A program made the translations under genes and the position numbers. Source: Priapulus caudatus (taxonomy: Eukaryota). Taken from it: a stretch of DNA of 64,000 nucleotides. Every line of letters begins with the position of its first letter. Positions within the stretch are counted from its first letter, which is position 1. The notes under the pieces were generated by a model, which made no database searches, was not told the origin of the DNA, and saw nothing but the letters and a program-made list of their open reading frames with translations. Positions 1 through 12,630 of the stretch are shown piece by piece. The DNA is taken from assembly GCF_000485595.1 (NCBI RefSeq), contig NW_014577078.1:1252977-1316976 (forward strand). The letters run 5' to 3'.

Positions 1-282
<282 letters not shown>

Positions 283-434
283 ACATGCACATGCATACGT
301 ACGTAATACATGTATGCGTATGTATGTATGTACGCACGCACGCCCGCTCACCCGCACGCACGCACACACATGCACACACATACCTACATCCACACATACA
401 TAGGCCCTACATACTTTTCCGGTTTCAAACTAAC

Positions 435-601
435 CTTTTTGTTACTTAACCACATCGCCTCATACTTAAGTTGATCAAGAATCTCTTGACCAACACGAGT
501 CTCCTGTTCCGATAAGAAGTTGATGAACACTGTCATACTGTTGAACCAGAAAAGTCCGTCGTCAAGATTGGGTGGTTGGAACACATTTATCGTAAGATTT
601 T
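435..601 (-). CDS. NIT-domain receptor (probable NIT guanylate cyclase), coding exon 5; gene continues beyond window start
   Basis: Acceptor ttcctttggcttcccag, donor AAG|gttagt; 167 nt, phase 1 to 0; ENLTINVFQPPNLDDGLFWFNSMTVFINFLSEQETRVGQEILDQLKYEAMWLSNKK; WF..MT..I..L resembles the last NIT helix. Confidence 0.85.
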
Positions 602-1168
602 CTGGGAAGCCAAAGGAATAATTAAGTTCGATTTGCCTAAAGCACAACCGATGATGCTATGTCTAGCCATCTACGTGTATACAGTGCACAGTGTTAATTA
701 TTTTCTACAGATTCGCATGCTCATCAAAGCATTTTTATAAGGACAGTCGTGACATACACAGAGCCAGTCATTGTCAAATAATATTTCGAATCAAATAACA
801 AATATAAAAGTTAGAATCTTTCTACATCAAAATACAAGATTTCAAACTGTTAATTGGTTAGACTTCGGATACATATAACGTCACAATAACAACACAATTA
901 ACGTTGCGCTACTATGTTTAGTTATAATTGTTTGGTATAGTGTACTGCGTGTACGCTAAAATGTTTAATAGCTGACGGAAGGACAGAATACGAAACCGCG
1001 AAAAAAACCAATTACGATCATAATAGGGAAGGAAGCTAATTACGAGAGAAAACCACCACCTATGGCTGATACCTGAATTCCCACTTAATCGTTCGCAGAA
1101 TTTGAATTACACAAAGATTTAGTCTGCAGAGCGTCGTTATTTTAATAGGAAAATCGGCTAGAGCTTAC

Positions 1169-1324
1169 CCTTAAGGTCATTAATGGTTACCACGGACGTT
1201 GTATTTATAATGTTGTTCAAACGATTCCTTAGGTTTTCGTTGAACCGGGACGCACTATCCAGGTATAGTTTCCCGTAGACGCTTGCGCTCAAAAAGGCGC
1301 TGTGGTTATCGATATCAAATTTGC
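1169..1324 (-). CDS. NIT-domain receptor, coding exon 4
   Basis: Acceptor tttttaattag, donor G|gtaagc; 156 nt open, phase 1 to 1; GKFDIDNHSAFLSASVYGKLYLDSASRFNENLRNRLNNIINTTSVVTINDLK; phases match both neighbours. Confidence 0.8.
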
Positions 1325-2745
1325 CTAATTAAAAACAAGCAAGAATATATTAGAATATAATTATCTACGACATCTTAGATTGCGGTGGGTAGGCTAGGTA
1401 GATATTAATCTTTGTTGTTTGTTTGTAGATGTTAACGTTATTTTAATTTTCTTGATCTGAAACTGTCAAACAAATGTGAATGTTAGAAAATGTCTGAGCA
1501 AAAGCTAATATTTACTCTACTTTCTACCTATTCCAGCTAATATCTCATTGATCCCACGTGAAAACTCACAAATAAGTTATGACTCTTTATTTACGAAATT
1601 ATTGCGTTTTGAAAATCACTAAAAATTGTCGTACATTTTTTTCAACTTAAATCCTAAATTAAAACATTTAAAAAAAATTCCAGGGACGTTTTTTAGTTCA
1701 TATTATAAACAACTTATGGTTAAAAGTTTATGTCCCAACTCTGCTGTTTCTGGAAAATAGCAAAAAATTTTTTTTGTATAAATTCACAATTATTGCCGTC
1801 ACTTAATTAGCAATGATTTAAAAAAATAATTCCCATCGCGAGCGTAGAGAGACATCTCTAAGGACGTGTTTCTCTTCCCGATCCAGGCTTTACGGTTTAG
1901 CATGTGGAAAGTCCCCTTACGGGTAGCATCAGGTTGCGTCGATAGAGTCCGCGATAGATAGCACAGATATAGATAACACGAACTCAGAAATGTAACGCTA
2001 CTCTCCGTTTGTTGTATTACTCCACAGAATATTCTCTCTACTACGTACTACATAGGAGACTACACATATGACTACACACACAGAAATGTAACCGACTAAC
2101 AATAATCTCGTACCTTATCGCGGATATTCCCTGAGACGCTCGGCCGGGGTGAAGACGGCAGGCAGAAGATACGTAAGAGGATACGTGAGGATACGTGAAA
2201 GGATACGTGAAGATAGTTAAGAGGACTGGTGCGAGAATACCAAGGCAGAACGGAGAAGCGGAAAAGTGTGGCTGGGATAGGGTGTAGGAGCTAGGTGAAA
2301 ACTGAACCGTGCTGCCTAAAAAATGAGAGCCGAGAGTCCCTACTTGCGCATTAGGCGTCAACAAGTCTCTGGTCCCTAGAGACGGGCCAGGTGGGCATCG
2401 CGGCGGAATCACCATTATATGTGATGGAAGTGGTTTATTGTGATTGCGTTCGTGCCGCGAACTATTATAGAATGCGAACTAATATAGACTAATGGGAACT
2501 GGCGCTTTCCTACACATCTCTCTTATGTAATGGATATGAGTTTGATTGAATTTGATGAGCAGTTATGTTGCAATGCCCTTTACAGTGTTACCGGTCGGTA
2601 ACCCTGACAGTATCCTTAAACATCGCAGGCGCTGTATTACTTATGTCGGATCGTAGCTAAGTGGTCTGTCAGGTGACTAAATTAGTAGCAACGAGAATAT
2701 TAATCAGTGGTAGTATTTAATATCTAGCTGTTCTACTGATGTAGG

Positions 2746-5700
2746 CTGCCGCCGTGTGTTAGCTCGCTGCTGCTGCAACCGTGTTTTAGCTCGCTGCCGC
2801 CGCCGTGTTTTAGCTCGCTGCCGCCGCCGTGTTTTAGCTCGCTGCTGCTGCCGCCGTGTTTTAGCTCGCTGCTGCAGCAACCGTGTTTTAGCTCGCTGCT
2901 GCTGCCGCCGTGTTTTAGCTCGCTGCTGCAGCAACCGTGTTTTAGCTCGCTGCTGCTGCTGCCGTGTTTTAGTCGCTGACTGCTGCTCGCTGCTCGTCGT
3001 TTTAGCTCGCTGCGCCGCCGTGTCTTTAGCTCGCTGCTGCCAGCAACGTTTTTGAGCTCGCTGCCTACGCGTCTTTTAGCTCGGATGCTGTTGGCCGCTG
3101 TTTTAGCTCGCTGCTGCCGCCGTGTCTTAGCTCCGCTGCTGCTGGCGCCGCCGTTTCATACGCTCGCTGCGTGCACGCCAACCGCTGTCTTATCTCGCTG
3201 CTGCCTGCCGCCTGTTTTCACTCCGCTGCTGCCAGCACACCGTGGTTGTTTTAGCTCCGCTGCTCTGCCTGCCGCTGTTTTAGCTCGGCTGCCGCCGCCG
3301 GTCGTTTTTCAGCTCGCTGCTGCAGCAACCGTGTTTTAGCTCGCTGTCTGCCGCCGTGTTTTTAGCTCGCTGCTAGCTTGCTCTGCTGTGTTTTAGCTCG
3401 CTGCTGCCGCGCCGTGTTTTAAGCTCGCTGGCTGCTGCCGTTTTTTAGCTCGGCTGCTGCGCTCGTGGGTCTTAGCTCGCTCTGTTGCGCCGCGTTTTTA
3501 GGCTCGCTGCTGTCAGCACCGTGTTTTATCTCTTGCTGCGCCGCCGGTTTAGCTCGCTGGCTGCAGCCAACCGTGTTTTGTAGCTCGCTGCTTGCCGCCG
3601 CTGTTTTAGCTCGCCTGCTGCCTGCTGCTGTGTTTTAGCTCCGCCTGCTGGCCGGGCGGTGTTTAGACTTCGCTGCTGACTGCCTGCTACGCCGGTCGTT
3701 TCTGCTCGCTGCTGCTGCTGATGCGCCTGTTCTTAGCGCTCGCTGCTGCTGCCCCGTGTGTTTACGCTGCGCTGCTCTGCTGCTGTGTTTTTAGCTCGCT
3801 GCTGCCCGCCCGTGTCTATTAGCTCGCTTGCTGCTGCTTCGCTGCGCCCTGTTTTAGCTCGCTGTCGCTCTGCTGCTGCTCCTGCTGTTTCTAGGTCGCT
3901 GTGCTGCCGCCGTGTGTTAGCTCGCTGCTCGCTGCTGCTGTGTCTTCTAGCTCGCTGCTGCCTGCCGCCTGTTCTCTCTAGTTTACCTGCTTGAATGTGC
4001 TGTGCTCTGTTTTAGCTCGCTGCTGCTGCCGCCCGATGCTTCTTACGTTCCGGTGACTGTGCCGCCGTCCGTTTTAGCTCTGCTGCTGCTGCCGTGTTCT
4101 TTAGCTATCGCCTTGCTGCCGCCGTGTCTTTAGCTCCCTGCTCGCTGCCCGCCGATGTTCCCTCTGTTTTTCCGCTCCTCTTCTACGCTCGCTCTCGCGG
4201 TGTGTTCGCTCGACTTGCAGTAAACGACCCTGCTCTCCGCCGTGTGTTAGCTCGGCCGGGCGCCGTGTTTATTCGCTGCTGTGCCGGCCGTGTTTTAGCT
4301 GTGTGTTTTTTAGTCTTTTACCGCTCGCTCGCTGCCGCCCCGTGTTTTAGCTTTCGCGCCTCAGGCAACCGTGTTTTAGTCGACTGCTGCCGCCATGTCG
4401 TTAGCTCGCTGCTGCTGCCGCCGTGCCCCCCGATGTTTATAGCTCGCTGGCTGCTGGCCACGCGCTGTTTTAGCTCGATGACATGCTCGGATGTTTTAGC
4501 TCGGCTGCCGCCCGCCGAAGTGGTTAGCTCGCTGCTGCGCGCGCTGTTTTAGGCTCCGCTGCCAGCAACCGTGTGTTAGTCAGATGGCTAGACCGCCGTG
4601 TGTTAAGCTCACTGCTGCCGCGGTTTTAGTCGCCTGGCTGCTGCGCCGTGTTATTAGCTCGCTGCTAGCTTGCTGCTGGTGTTTTAGCTCGCCTGCTGCC
4701 GCCGTGTTTAGCCTCGCTGCTACTGCCGTGTTTTAGCTCGCTGCTGCTGCCGTGTTCTCTAGCCGCTGCTGCTCGCCGTCGTTTTAGCTCCATTGCGTGG
4801 TGCTGTGAGGCCGTGTTTTAGCTCACTGCTGACTGCGCGCGTCTGGTTTTAGTTAGTACGCTTTGCTGCCGCCGACCCCGGTGCCGGTACTAGCCGTGTT
4901 TTTAGCTCCGCTGCCCTGTCGCCGTGGTTTTAGATCGCTGCTTGCCGCTCGCATGGCGCCGTGTTTTAGTCGCTATCCGTGTTTTAAGCTCGCTGCTCTG
5001 ACCGCCGGTTTTATGTCTCGCTGTGTTGCTGTCGTGTTTTAGCTCCGTGCTGCTGCTGTGCCGCTGTTATTAGGCTCGCCGCTGCTGCCGGCCCGCCTGT
5101 TTTAGCTCACCTCGCTTGCTGCGGACTGTTTTAGCTCGACCTGCCGCCGGCCGCCATGTTTCCTTAGTCAGCTGACTGCTGCTGCTGCTGCTGTGCCGTG
5201 TTTTAGTTCGCTAGCTTGCGCCACCAGTCTTTTAGCTCGCTGTACGTCGCCGCCGAATGTTTATAGCTCACAGCTGCTGACCAGTGTTTTTAGACCTCCG
5301 CTCGCTCGCTCGCCTCCGTGTTTAGCTCGCTCTGTGCTGCTGCTGCTGCTACGCGTGTTTTAGCTCGCTGCTTGCGCCACCGCTGTTTCTCTCGCTGCCG
5401 GCCGCCGCGCGTGTTTTAGCTCGCTGCGCAGAGCCGTTGTGTTTAGTTCGCTGCTGCTGCGCCGTTTTTAACTCCGCAGCCGCCGCCGCTCGTGTTTTAG
5501 CTCGCTGCCGCCGCGTGTTTTAGCTTCCGCTGCTGCTTTGCCGCCCGTGGTCTTCAACTCGCTGCTCGCCGCGCGTGTACTTTCAGCTCCGCTGGCTGCC
5601 GCCGCCGTGTCTTAGTTCGCTGCCTACTGCCGCCGCCTGTTTTAGCTCGTGCTGCTGCTTGCCCGATGTTTAGGCTCGCTGCTGACGTGCGCCTGATGTT

Positions 5701-7150
5701 TTAGTCGCTGCTGCCGCAGCCGTGTTTTCAGCCGCTGCTGCGCCGGCCTGTTTTAGCTCGCTGCTTGCCTGCCCGTGTTTTAGCTCTTGCTGCCCTCGCG
5801 CGCAGCGCAGACTGTTTCAGTTGCCGTCGCCCGCCGCCCCGTCGTCTTCGCTTCGCTCGCTGCTTGCCGCGGTGTTTTGCTCGCTGGCCTGCCTGCCTGC
5901 CGCTGTCTATTTTACGCTCGCTGCTNNNNNNNNNNNNNNNNNNNNNNNNNTTTGTCAGCCGTGCTCTGCTGCCGCGTGTGTTATGCTCCGGCTCGCTTTG
6001 CTCGCTGCTGGTCTTTAGCTCGCTGCTGCCGCCGGTTCTTTAGCTCGCTGCCTGCTGCTCGCTGCTCGCCGTGTTTTAGCCGCTGCCCTGCTGCTGCCTG
6101 CCGCCGTGATTTTAGTTATGCTGCTGCTGCCGGCCGTGGACTTTTAGTTTGCGGCTGCTCCGCCGTGTTCTTACGCTCCGCTGCCTGCCTGCCCTGCTGT
6201 TTTTTACGCTCGCGCTGCTCTGCTCGCCGCGTGTCTTTAGCTCCTCGCTGTGCTGCCGCCGTGCCTTAGCTCCGTTGCTGTGCCGCCGTGTTTAGCTCCG
6301 CTGCCTGCTTGCATGCTGCTGTATTAGGCTGCGCTGCCTGCCTGCTGCTTGCCGCGGGTTTTCAGCTCGCCTGCTCTGCGCGTGTTTTAGCTCGTCTGCT
6401 GTCGCCGCGTGTTTAGCTCGCTGCTCTGCACGCCGTGGTTTAGGCTCGCTGCTGCTGCCTGCCGTTAGGCTTCTTAGCCCTCATACTGCTGCCTGCCGCC
6501 GTGTGTTAGCCTCGCTGCCCTTGCTGCCGCCCGTGTTTCTACGCTCGCTCGCTGCTGCCGCGTGTTTTAGCTCCGCTCGCTCGTGCCGTGTTTTAAGCCT
6601 CGCTGCTGCTACCGCCGTGTTTTAGCTCCGCTGCTGCTGCGCCGTGGTTCTTAGCTCGCTGCTCGCTGCCGCCGTGTTTAGCCGCTGCGCTTGCCGCGTC
6701 TGTTAGCTCCGCTGCTGACTGCGCGTGGTTTAGCTCGCTGCTGCTGGTGTTTTTCAGCTCGCTGCTGCTCACCGCCGCTGTTCTTACTCGCTGCTCGCTA
6801 CCGCCGTGTTTCCTCGCTGCTGCTTGGCCGCCGTGTTTTAGCTCGCTGCTGCCTGCCGCCGGTTTCAGCTCGCTGCTGCTGCGCCTGTTCTTACGCTCGC
6901 ATGCTGTCTGCCCCGTGTTGAGCTCGCTGCTGCTGCGCGTTTGTAGCTCGCTGCGCTGCTGCCGCCGTGTGCTGCCGCCGTGTTTTAGCTCGATGCCGCC
7001 GCCGTGTTTTAGCTCGCTGCTGCTGCCGCCGTGTTTTAGTTTGCTGCTGCCGCCGTGTTTTAGCTCGCTGCCGCCGCCGTGTTTTAGCTCGCTGCTGCTG
7101 CCGCCGTGTTTTATTTTGCTGCTGCTACCGTGTCTTAGCTCGCTGCTGCT
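2746..7150. repeat. Satellite/minisatellite array, unit ~24-27 bp (CGTGTTTTAGCTCGCTGCTGC[TGC]CGC), in intron 3 of the NIT gene
   Basis: Direct tandem repetition; clean at both ends, indel-rich in the middle; N-gap at 5926-5950. Confidence 0.97.
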
Positions 7151-7391
7151 GAATTGGCAGAATAGTGGCGACGCCGACGAAAAATCACGATGACAATGAC
7201 GAAAAAACCTGTCGGCGTCGGAAGCGAAAAACGCGACGCAATATTTTACTTGGTGGATTGGACTATATATAAAAGCTCTACATACGACTACGTTTACGGA
7301 TATATAAAATGCAAGATATGCAAATTAAAAGCAAATGTGTCTTTGCTTCTTAATTCTACCGTTTGTCAATCACGACCATGTGTGGGCGTAC

Positions 7392-7561
7392 CTAATGAGT
7401 AGTATGTGGTACCAAGCGCCCGCTCAGCGTCCGTGTATTCCTTGCTAATAATTAGCATGTGATAAGCCATGAGGTTTCGCCACACGAAGCTCTCGCCATC
7501 ATACTGAAGTACCATCTCTCCTATCCAGTCAATCAGAACTTTAATAATGCCAGTGTAAAAC
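7392..7561 (-). CDS. NIT-domain receptor, coding exon 3
   Basis: Acceptor ttgttgcag, donor G|gtacgc; 170 nt, phase 2 to 1; RFYTGIIKVLIDWIGEMVLQYDGESFVWRNLMAYHMLIISKEYTDAERALGTTYYSL contains the NIT KE....ERA motif. Confidence 0.9.
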
Positions 7562-7915
7562 CTGCAACAAACAAGTGAGTAATTGAACGCGTGGTCGCCA
7601 CGCACAGCCTCCGTCACGTATTACGAAGAGTATGCGCGCATAAATATTGATGTGCGTGAGCGATTTTATAGATCTGTGATTCAAAATTACAGGCAATCCT
7701 CATCCAAAAACTTAGTTATGCGTATTTTAGCATGGTTACGCTTAGGCTTGCGGATAATCATTGTTTTATCGCAGAGAAGGGACGTCGCAGGCGCGGTGAT
7801 ACTTATGTCTCGGCTCACTGGTCTGACAGGTGACTAAATTAATATAGCAACGAGAATATTAATCAGCGGTAGTACTGTAGAACAGAGTGGTGGATTTAAC
7901 TAACATAGATTGTAT

Positions 7916-7954
7916 CAGGAGTAAGATAATATAACATTATATTATCTACTTTTG
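7916..7954. mobile_element. Hairpin micro-element (CAGGAG family), 7-bp TSD
   Basis: attgtat|caggagtaagataatata...tatattatctacttttg|attgtat. Confidence 0.7.
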
Positions 7955-8640
7955 ATTGTATCAGTAAACAACTAGAACAGGTTGTAGAACAGGTTGTAGA
8001 ACAGGGTGGTGGGGTTAAAGGTGCCCTGCCTCGACGTTTCAAGCGGCAAACATAAAATCAGGCAAAAATGAATTATTTTAACATTGAACGTTTGTACTTG
8101 CCGATATATGTGTGATAGGTAAAAAAAATTGCTCAGGAATATGTTCATTCAAAGCTTTTAGACTACAAAGTGAAAGTGTCGGGTCGAATGTTTCAAACTT
8201 TTGCCGCACTGCGGCGATGTTGTGACGCGTCTCTTGTTGCCATGCGGTGTTGCCAAGCGGTGAAGTTCATGAAGCCTGTATATGCTCATTGTTATATGAT
8301 ATCTATATAAGGCTGTGCCTATAAGGCCTATAAGCGCCTATATAAAATGTGAATGAGCATGTGAATGCCCCTATAGGCGCTTATATATTAAGGGCCTATT
8401 ATATATTATTACTATATTACTATTAAATTACTATTATTATTACTATTACTATATTATTACGGCCTATATATAGCTGTGCTGCTACGTAACCTGCGTTGAC
8501 TCTTGCCGCCATGATACAGAACCGCGGCGAAACTCGTTTTTCGAGTTGTTTTTTTGTTGAGGGAATAATATATAGGCTTGATACATATTTTTACAGTTTT
8601 ATTTTCAAAGCTACCGTTCTAAAAATCCTACTCTACTGAC

Positions 8641-8869
8641 GCTCATAGGGTCTATGTTCCCCAGGGTACCGCCGGAACTAACCCTGGGTACGGTCCGGTA
8701 TACCGGAACGTATCCTGGTAACTATCTGATATGGTTAGGGTTAGGGTTAGGGAGTAAGCGTAGGCGACTCCCTAGACTCGTTAGTGGAGTAGGCGAGGTA
8801 CGATCCGGCATATTAGATAGTACCAGGGTACGTTCCGGCAGTACCCTGGGGGACATAGACCCTCTCAGC
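8641..8869 (+). mobile_element. Mutator-like MITE family A with internal (TTAGGG)n
   Basis: ~50 bp TIRs (gctcatagggtctatg.ccccagggtac.gccggaac / gttccggcagtaccctgggggacatagaccctctcagc); exact 9-bp TSD tctactgac at 8632-8640 and 8870-8878. Confidence 0.9.
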
Positions 8870-9949
8870 TCTACTGACGTGTCAATTATTGTTAGCAGAC
8901 AAAATATGCAATTGACGGAGACCTGACGCACGCTGTATGTACTATATGTACTAACAGGAAGTGAAATACGTGGGCGCATGCATTGAAAGTCTAGAGACTA
9001 TGTAAGAGCTATGTATATGAGAGCGCTATGTAAGTGTTGGCGCTGGAAGGGTATCCCGGGTTAGGGCCGAAGTGTTAACACTCCGCTCTGAAAAAAATGC
9101 ATTCCGCAGACTGGTTTTTGCACCTGTTCGGGAAACTCAAGGACTCAACCTGCTGCTAGAAATGCTAGAGTTATAAGTCCTCCGACGTCTCATCTGCGAG
9201 AGAGAAGAAGAAGATGAGAAGATATGGCACGATTGCAGGCAAGTTTGCTCATTCGTGTCAGATTGCATTTATTACTGTAGAGCATAATTTACCGGGATTA
9301 CCTATATGCGCTGTCATGTAACGTTGACAGATTCGGCCTATTATCTAGCACGATATCACAGGTGTGTACACGATATTATAAGGTGATATTTATAAAGGGT
9401 TATGATGTATAGTAGGGTGACTCGTTCATTAGAATAATCCGGGCGAGATGTGCATTTCCCTTTCCATTTCGCAACGTTATGGTAGATAAAGCCATTTCAA
9501 TGTCATGAGTTACCTGATGGCGTCTCGCTCATACGCAGTTGCAGCGACATGGCATACGCACATATATGACAGAAATCCACAGCAAGACTTCTTGAACATT
9601 ATACTCTGCTTTAGAAATATGCGGACTGTTATCACGACGCAATTAGGGGTTAATAAACACGTAAAGCCAATCCTCCCAAAACCCTTTGGTATAGTTTTCC
9701 CCTGATACAATCATTCAATTGCGTCTGCCAGATTTATCGACGAAATTGCTGTACAGTAACACTGCACACAGGGGCGTAGCTGGCACGGGTGTAGCTGGCA
9801 CGGGTGTTGCTCCCGTGTAGCTGGGGTGTAGGAAAATTTGTCACAGAAAAACTGGCATTCGGAAAAGTTGTCACAGGAAAATTGGTCATTACACCTCACT
9901 ATATACTACTGCTTTCTGTTTCCTGACTTCTTTTCGTTCACCCCTGCCT

Positions 9950-10460
9950 CCCCAGCATGTAACTCCTGAATTCGTCTCATACCCTCCACTCCACCTCCTC
10001 TCTCTTCCTCCCTCTTCCTCTACTACCTCGTTCCTCCGCCACCCTCCTTCTCCTACCTTTTTTTACCAGCTCCCTCTTCATCAACGTTATCAATATTATC
10101 TTTCCTCATCTACCTCTACCCATCCCCATCGCTACATTCTCCTTTCTCCTCCTATACATTTTTTTCGTCTGTACCTCCCCTTCTCCTCTCTTCTCATCAT
10201 CTACCATCATCTTCTTCCTTCTCCACATTTCCCCTCCTCCCCTGCTTCCTTCGCTCCTCCTTCCTTTCCCCGACCCTTCCCCTGCTTCCTTCGCTCCTCC
10301 TTCCTTTCCCCACCCCTTCCCCTGCTTCCTTCACTCCTCCTTCCTTTCCCCACCCCTTCCCCTCCCCATTCATGCTCTCATCCATTTCAGTTTACGACAT
10401 TCTTTTCTCTGCCTAGCTTCCCTCCTCCTGTGCCGCCTGTGCTCTTTCTCCCCTATTCCC
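9950..10460. repeat. Pyrimidine-rich low-complexity tract with a short ~38 bp tandem repeat
   Basis: C/T-rich; cccctgcttccttc.ctcctccttcctttcccc unit repeated 3 times at 10239-10350. Confidence 0.8.
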
Positions 10461-10773
10461 TCAACTTTACTCTTTGGTAGCACACCGAGGTTTACTATTT
10501 ATGACAAATTTTCTGTTTGACCAAGCTTCTTGAGACCAATTTCCTGGATGCTAACTGGCGTGTCAACCTAAGAAACTAGACTGGCTGTCGTACAGTTAGA
10601 TACAATGTATCTTTTCCAATCGAATTTAATTGTTCATTTCAATAAGCCAGTTCGTAATTAGCCAAGGGGTTGTGTGACGTCACAGGTTACCGGGTCATTT
10701 GTGACAAAAATCTATGAAATCTCGAGTGCGGCGTGAGCTCTCGGTTCAGTACGTATATGTACANNNNNNNNNN

Positions 10774-11080
10774 TGTCATGGCGCCATTCAAATTTCGTAG
10801 CGTTGATGTTTAATTAATTATAACAATTAAATTAGGTATCTGGTGACAAATACATGTGGGTATAGACGATTTGTTATACAGTAAGTACAGTTGTATGCAG
10901 TAAAAATTATTATCAAATTCTCTTACGAATTTACCTCTTTGCAACATAACCCTGTCATATACAATCTATCTTGTTTCAGCTCAAACTACCAGTTTTAAAG
11001 GGACAGTAGCCTCTAGGATTTTACTGCATACAACTGTACTTACTGTATAACAAATCGTCTATACCCACTCGTATTTGTTG
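10774..11080. mobile_element. Fragments of a Kolobok-like TIR element (same family as 52351-52956), two termini in opposite orientation
   Basis: ttaa|agggacagtagcctctaggattttactgcatacaactgtac at ~10998 and its reverse complement at 10855-10905. Confidence 0.6.
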
Positions 11081-11289
11081 AGAGCATGTGATTGATTTAC
11101 TGTTTGTGTAGATGTTGCTTTACATAATGGTATAAAACAGCCAAAAATGTGTATTATGCTGACCTGTGACGTCACACTGAAACCCCTTGGCTAACTACGA
11201 ACTGGCTTATAATATAGGTCATTTGTGACAAAAATCGATGAAATCTCGAGTGCGGCGTGCGCTCTCGGTTCAGTACGTATATGTACACG

Positions 11290-11710
11290 TATTCTGTGTA
11301 CGTGTACACGCACGCACGCACGCACGCACGTGTACGTGCACACGCACGCACGTGTACGTGCACACGCACGCACCTGTACGTGCACACGCACGCGCGTGAA
11401 CGTACACACGCACGCACGTGTACGTGCATACGCCCGCACGTGTACGTGCACACGCACGCACGCACGTGTACGTGCACACGCCCGCACGCTCGCACGTGTA
11501 CGTGCACACGCCCGCACGCCCGCACGTGTACGTGCACACGCACGCACGCACGTGTACGTGCACCCGCACGCACGCACGTGTACGTGCACAAGCACGCACG
11601 CCCGCACGTGTACGTGCACACGCACGCACGCACGTGTACGTGCACACACACGCACGCACATGTACGTGCACACGCACGCACGCACGCACGCATGTGTACG
11701 TGCACACGCG
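11290..11710. repeat. CACG/GTAC minisatellite (CACGCACGCACGTGTACGTGCA-like unit)
   Basis: Tandem 22-26 bp units; related arrays with shared flanks at 61165-61400 and 61689-61790. Confidence 0.9.
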
Positions 11711-11870
11711 ATACTGAACAATACGCGATACCCTCTGTGAATAAGACGTGTGCATAGATAACCGGTGTGCATGCAAACACCGGCGGGAAAAGCAATCGGT
11801 TACATCTCGAGGAGAACATAAGATACACCACCCCCCTCCCCCAATACAAATTGTTCTGGTGTGTTCGCAC

Positions 11871-12073
11871 CTCGTCTCGCTGGCAGCAATGGCGCTATTG
11901 TAGTCGATTTCGCGCCGATGCTTTATCAGGTAGCGTGTCAACGACTGGCTGCTTCGGAACTCAGGGCCCAGGTGTTCGGCTATAGTAGGCCAGTCTCGCT
12001 CCCCGTAAGCAGCAATAGCATCGGTCGTGTCTATGTAGCTCGCTCTTAGCATACGCTTCAGCTTTGTGTCATC
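11871..12073 (-). CDS. NIT-domain receptor, coding exon 2
   Basis: Acceptor ttgtcactag, donor AG|gtgcga; 203 nt, phase 0 to 2; DDTKLKRMLRASYIDTTDAIAAYGERDWPTIAEHLGPEFRSSQSLTRYLIKHRREIDYNSAIAASETR. Confidence 0.88.
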
Positions 12074-12630
12074 CTAGTGACAATATAGGTGACGAAATAA
12101 ATAAATCATGCCGCCTTTTATGAGAAGTATAATTATAGGAAAAATTTCCAATTTATCACATAAGAACTATAAGTATACTAACGGCATTGAAATGTATATA
12201 TACTAGTGACAATCCAAAGGAAATCCGAGCATTCTAACTTATTAAACGGATAAAAATCAATCGCCATGGAAAAGGTACGAGTTTTGGATGTTTGTTTACG
12301 TCGAAAAGAACGGCAAAATAGCAAAGGCAATGAAGCAATTTACAATCACACAGGAGGAACAACACGATAACTTATTACCATGATTTATATTTTGTACAAA
12401 TGCAATTTACTAGTATACTATTTAAGACTACGTATAGGCGTTCGCGTAGTCGCGTTAATACAACCGATATGTGCACAAGCCGCATGAGAAATGTGTACTG
12501 TTTTTGTCGTAAGTTATATATTGTCGATGTTTATTGTTTTACTTTTGGTTTAGACAGAATTTTTGAAACGCACATAGTGGATTTGGTTGCTTTAGTTCAT
12601 ATTTTGGCTAAAATGACAACTAACACCTAC

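Noticed and set aside
602..647. 5' part of ORF 384-647 with acceptor at 637
   Set aside because: Phase conflicts with exon 4; the acceptor at 602-603 has a better pyrimidine tract and the right phase
2960..6960. Satellite with diverged centre and homogeneous ends as a biological pattern
   Set aside because: Random 1-bp indels in the centre look like unpolished long-read error
2746..7150. CRISPR-like array
   Set aside because: No unique spacers, no cas genes, eukaryotic context; the same applies to 59122-59526
2704..7193. Cys/Arg/Leu-rich ORFs
   Set aside because: Translations of the satellite array
8734..8752. TTAGGG tracts as true telomere or chromosome-fusion site
   Set aside because: Only a few units, always inside MITEs
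9514..9701. Phase-compatible (0 to 2) alternative to NIT exon 2
   Set aside because: Open with AG/GT ends, but the peptide shows no NIT resemblance whereas 11871-12073 does; needs RNA evidence
10679..11290. Direct repeat 10679-10763 / 11165-11290
   Set aside because: Flanks a 10-N gap; probably a contig overlap or haplotype artefact
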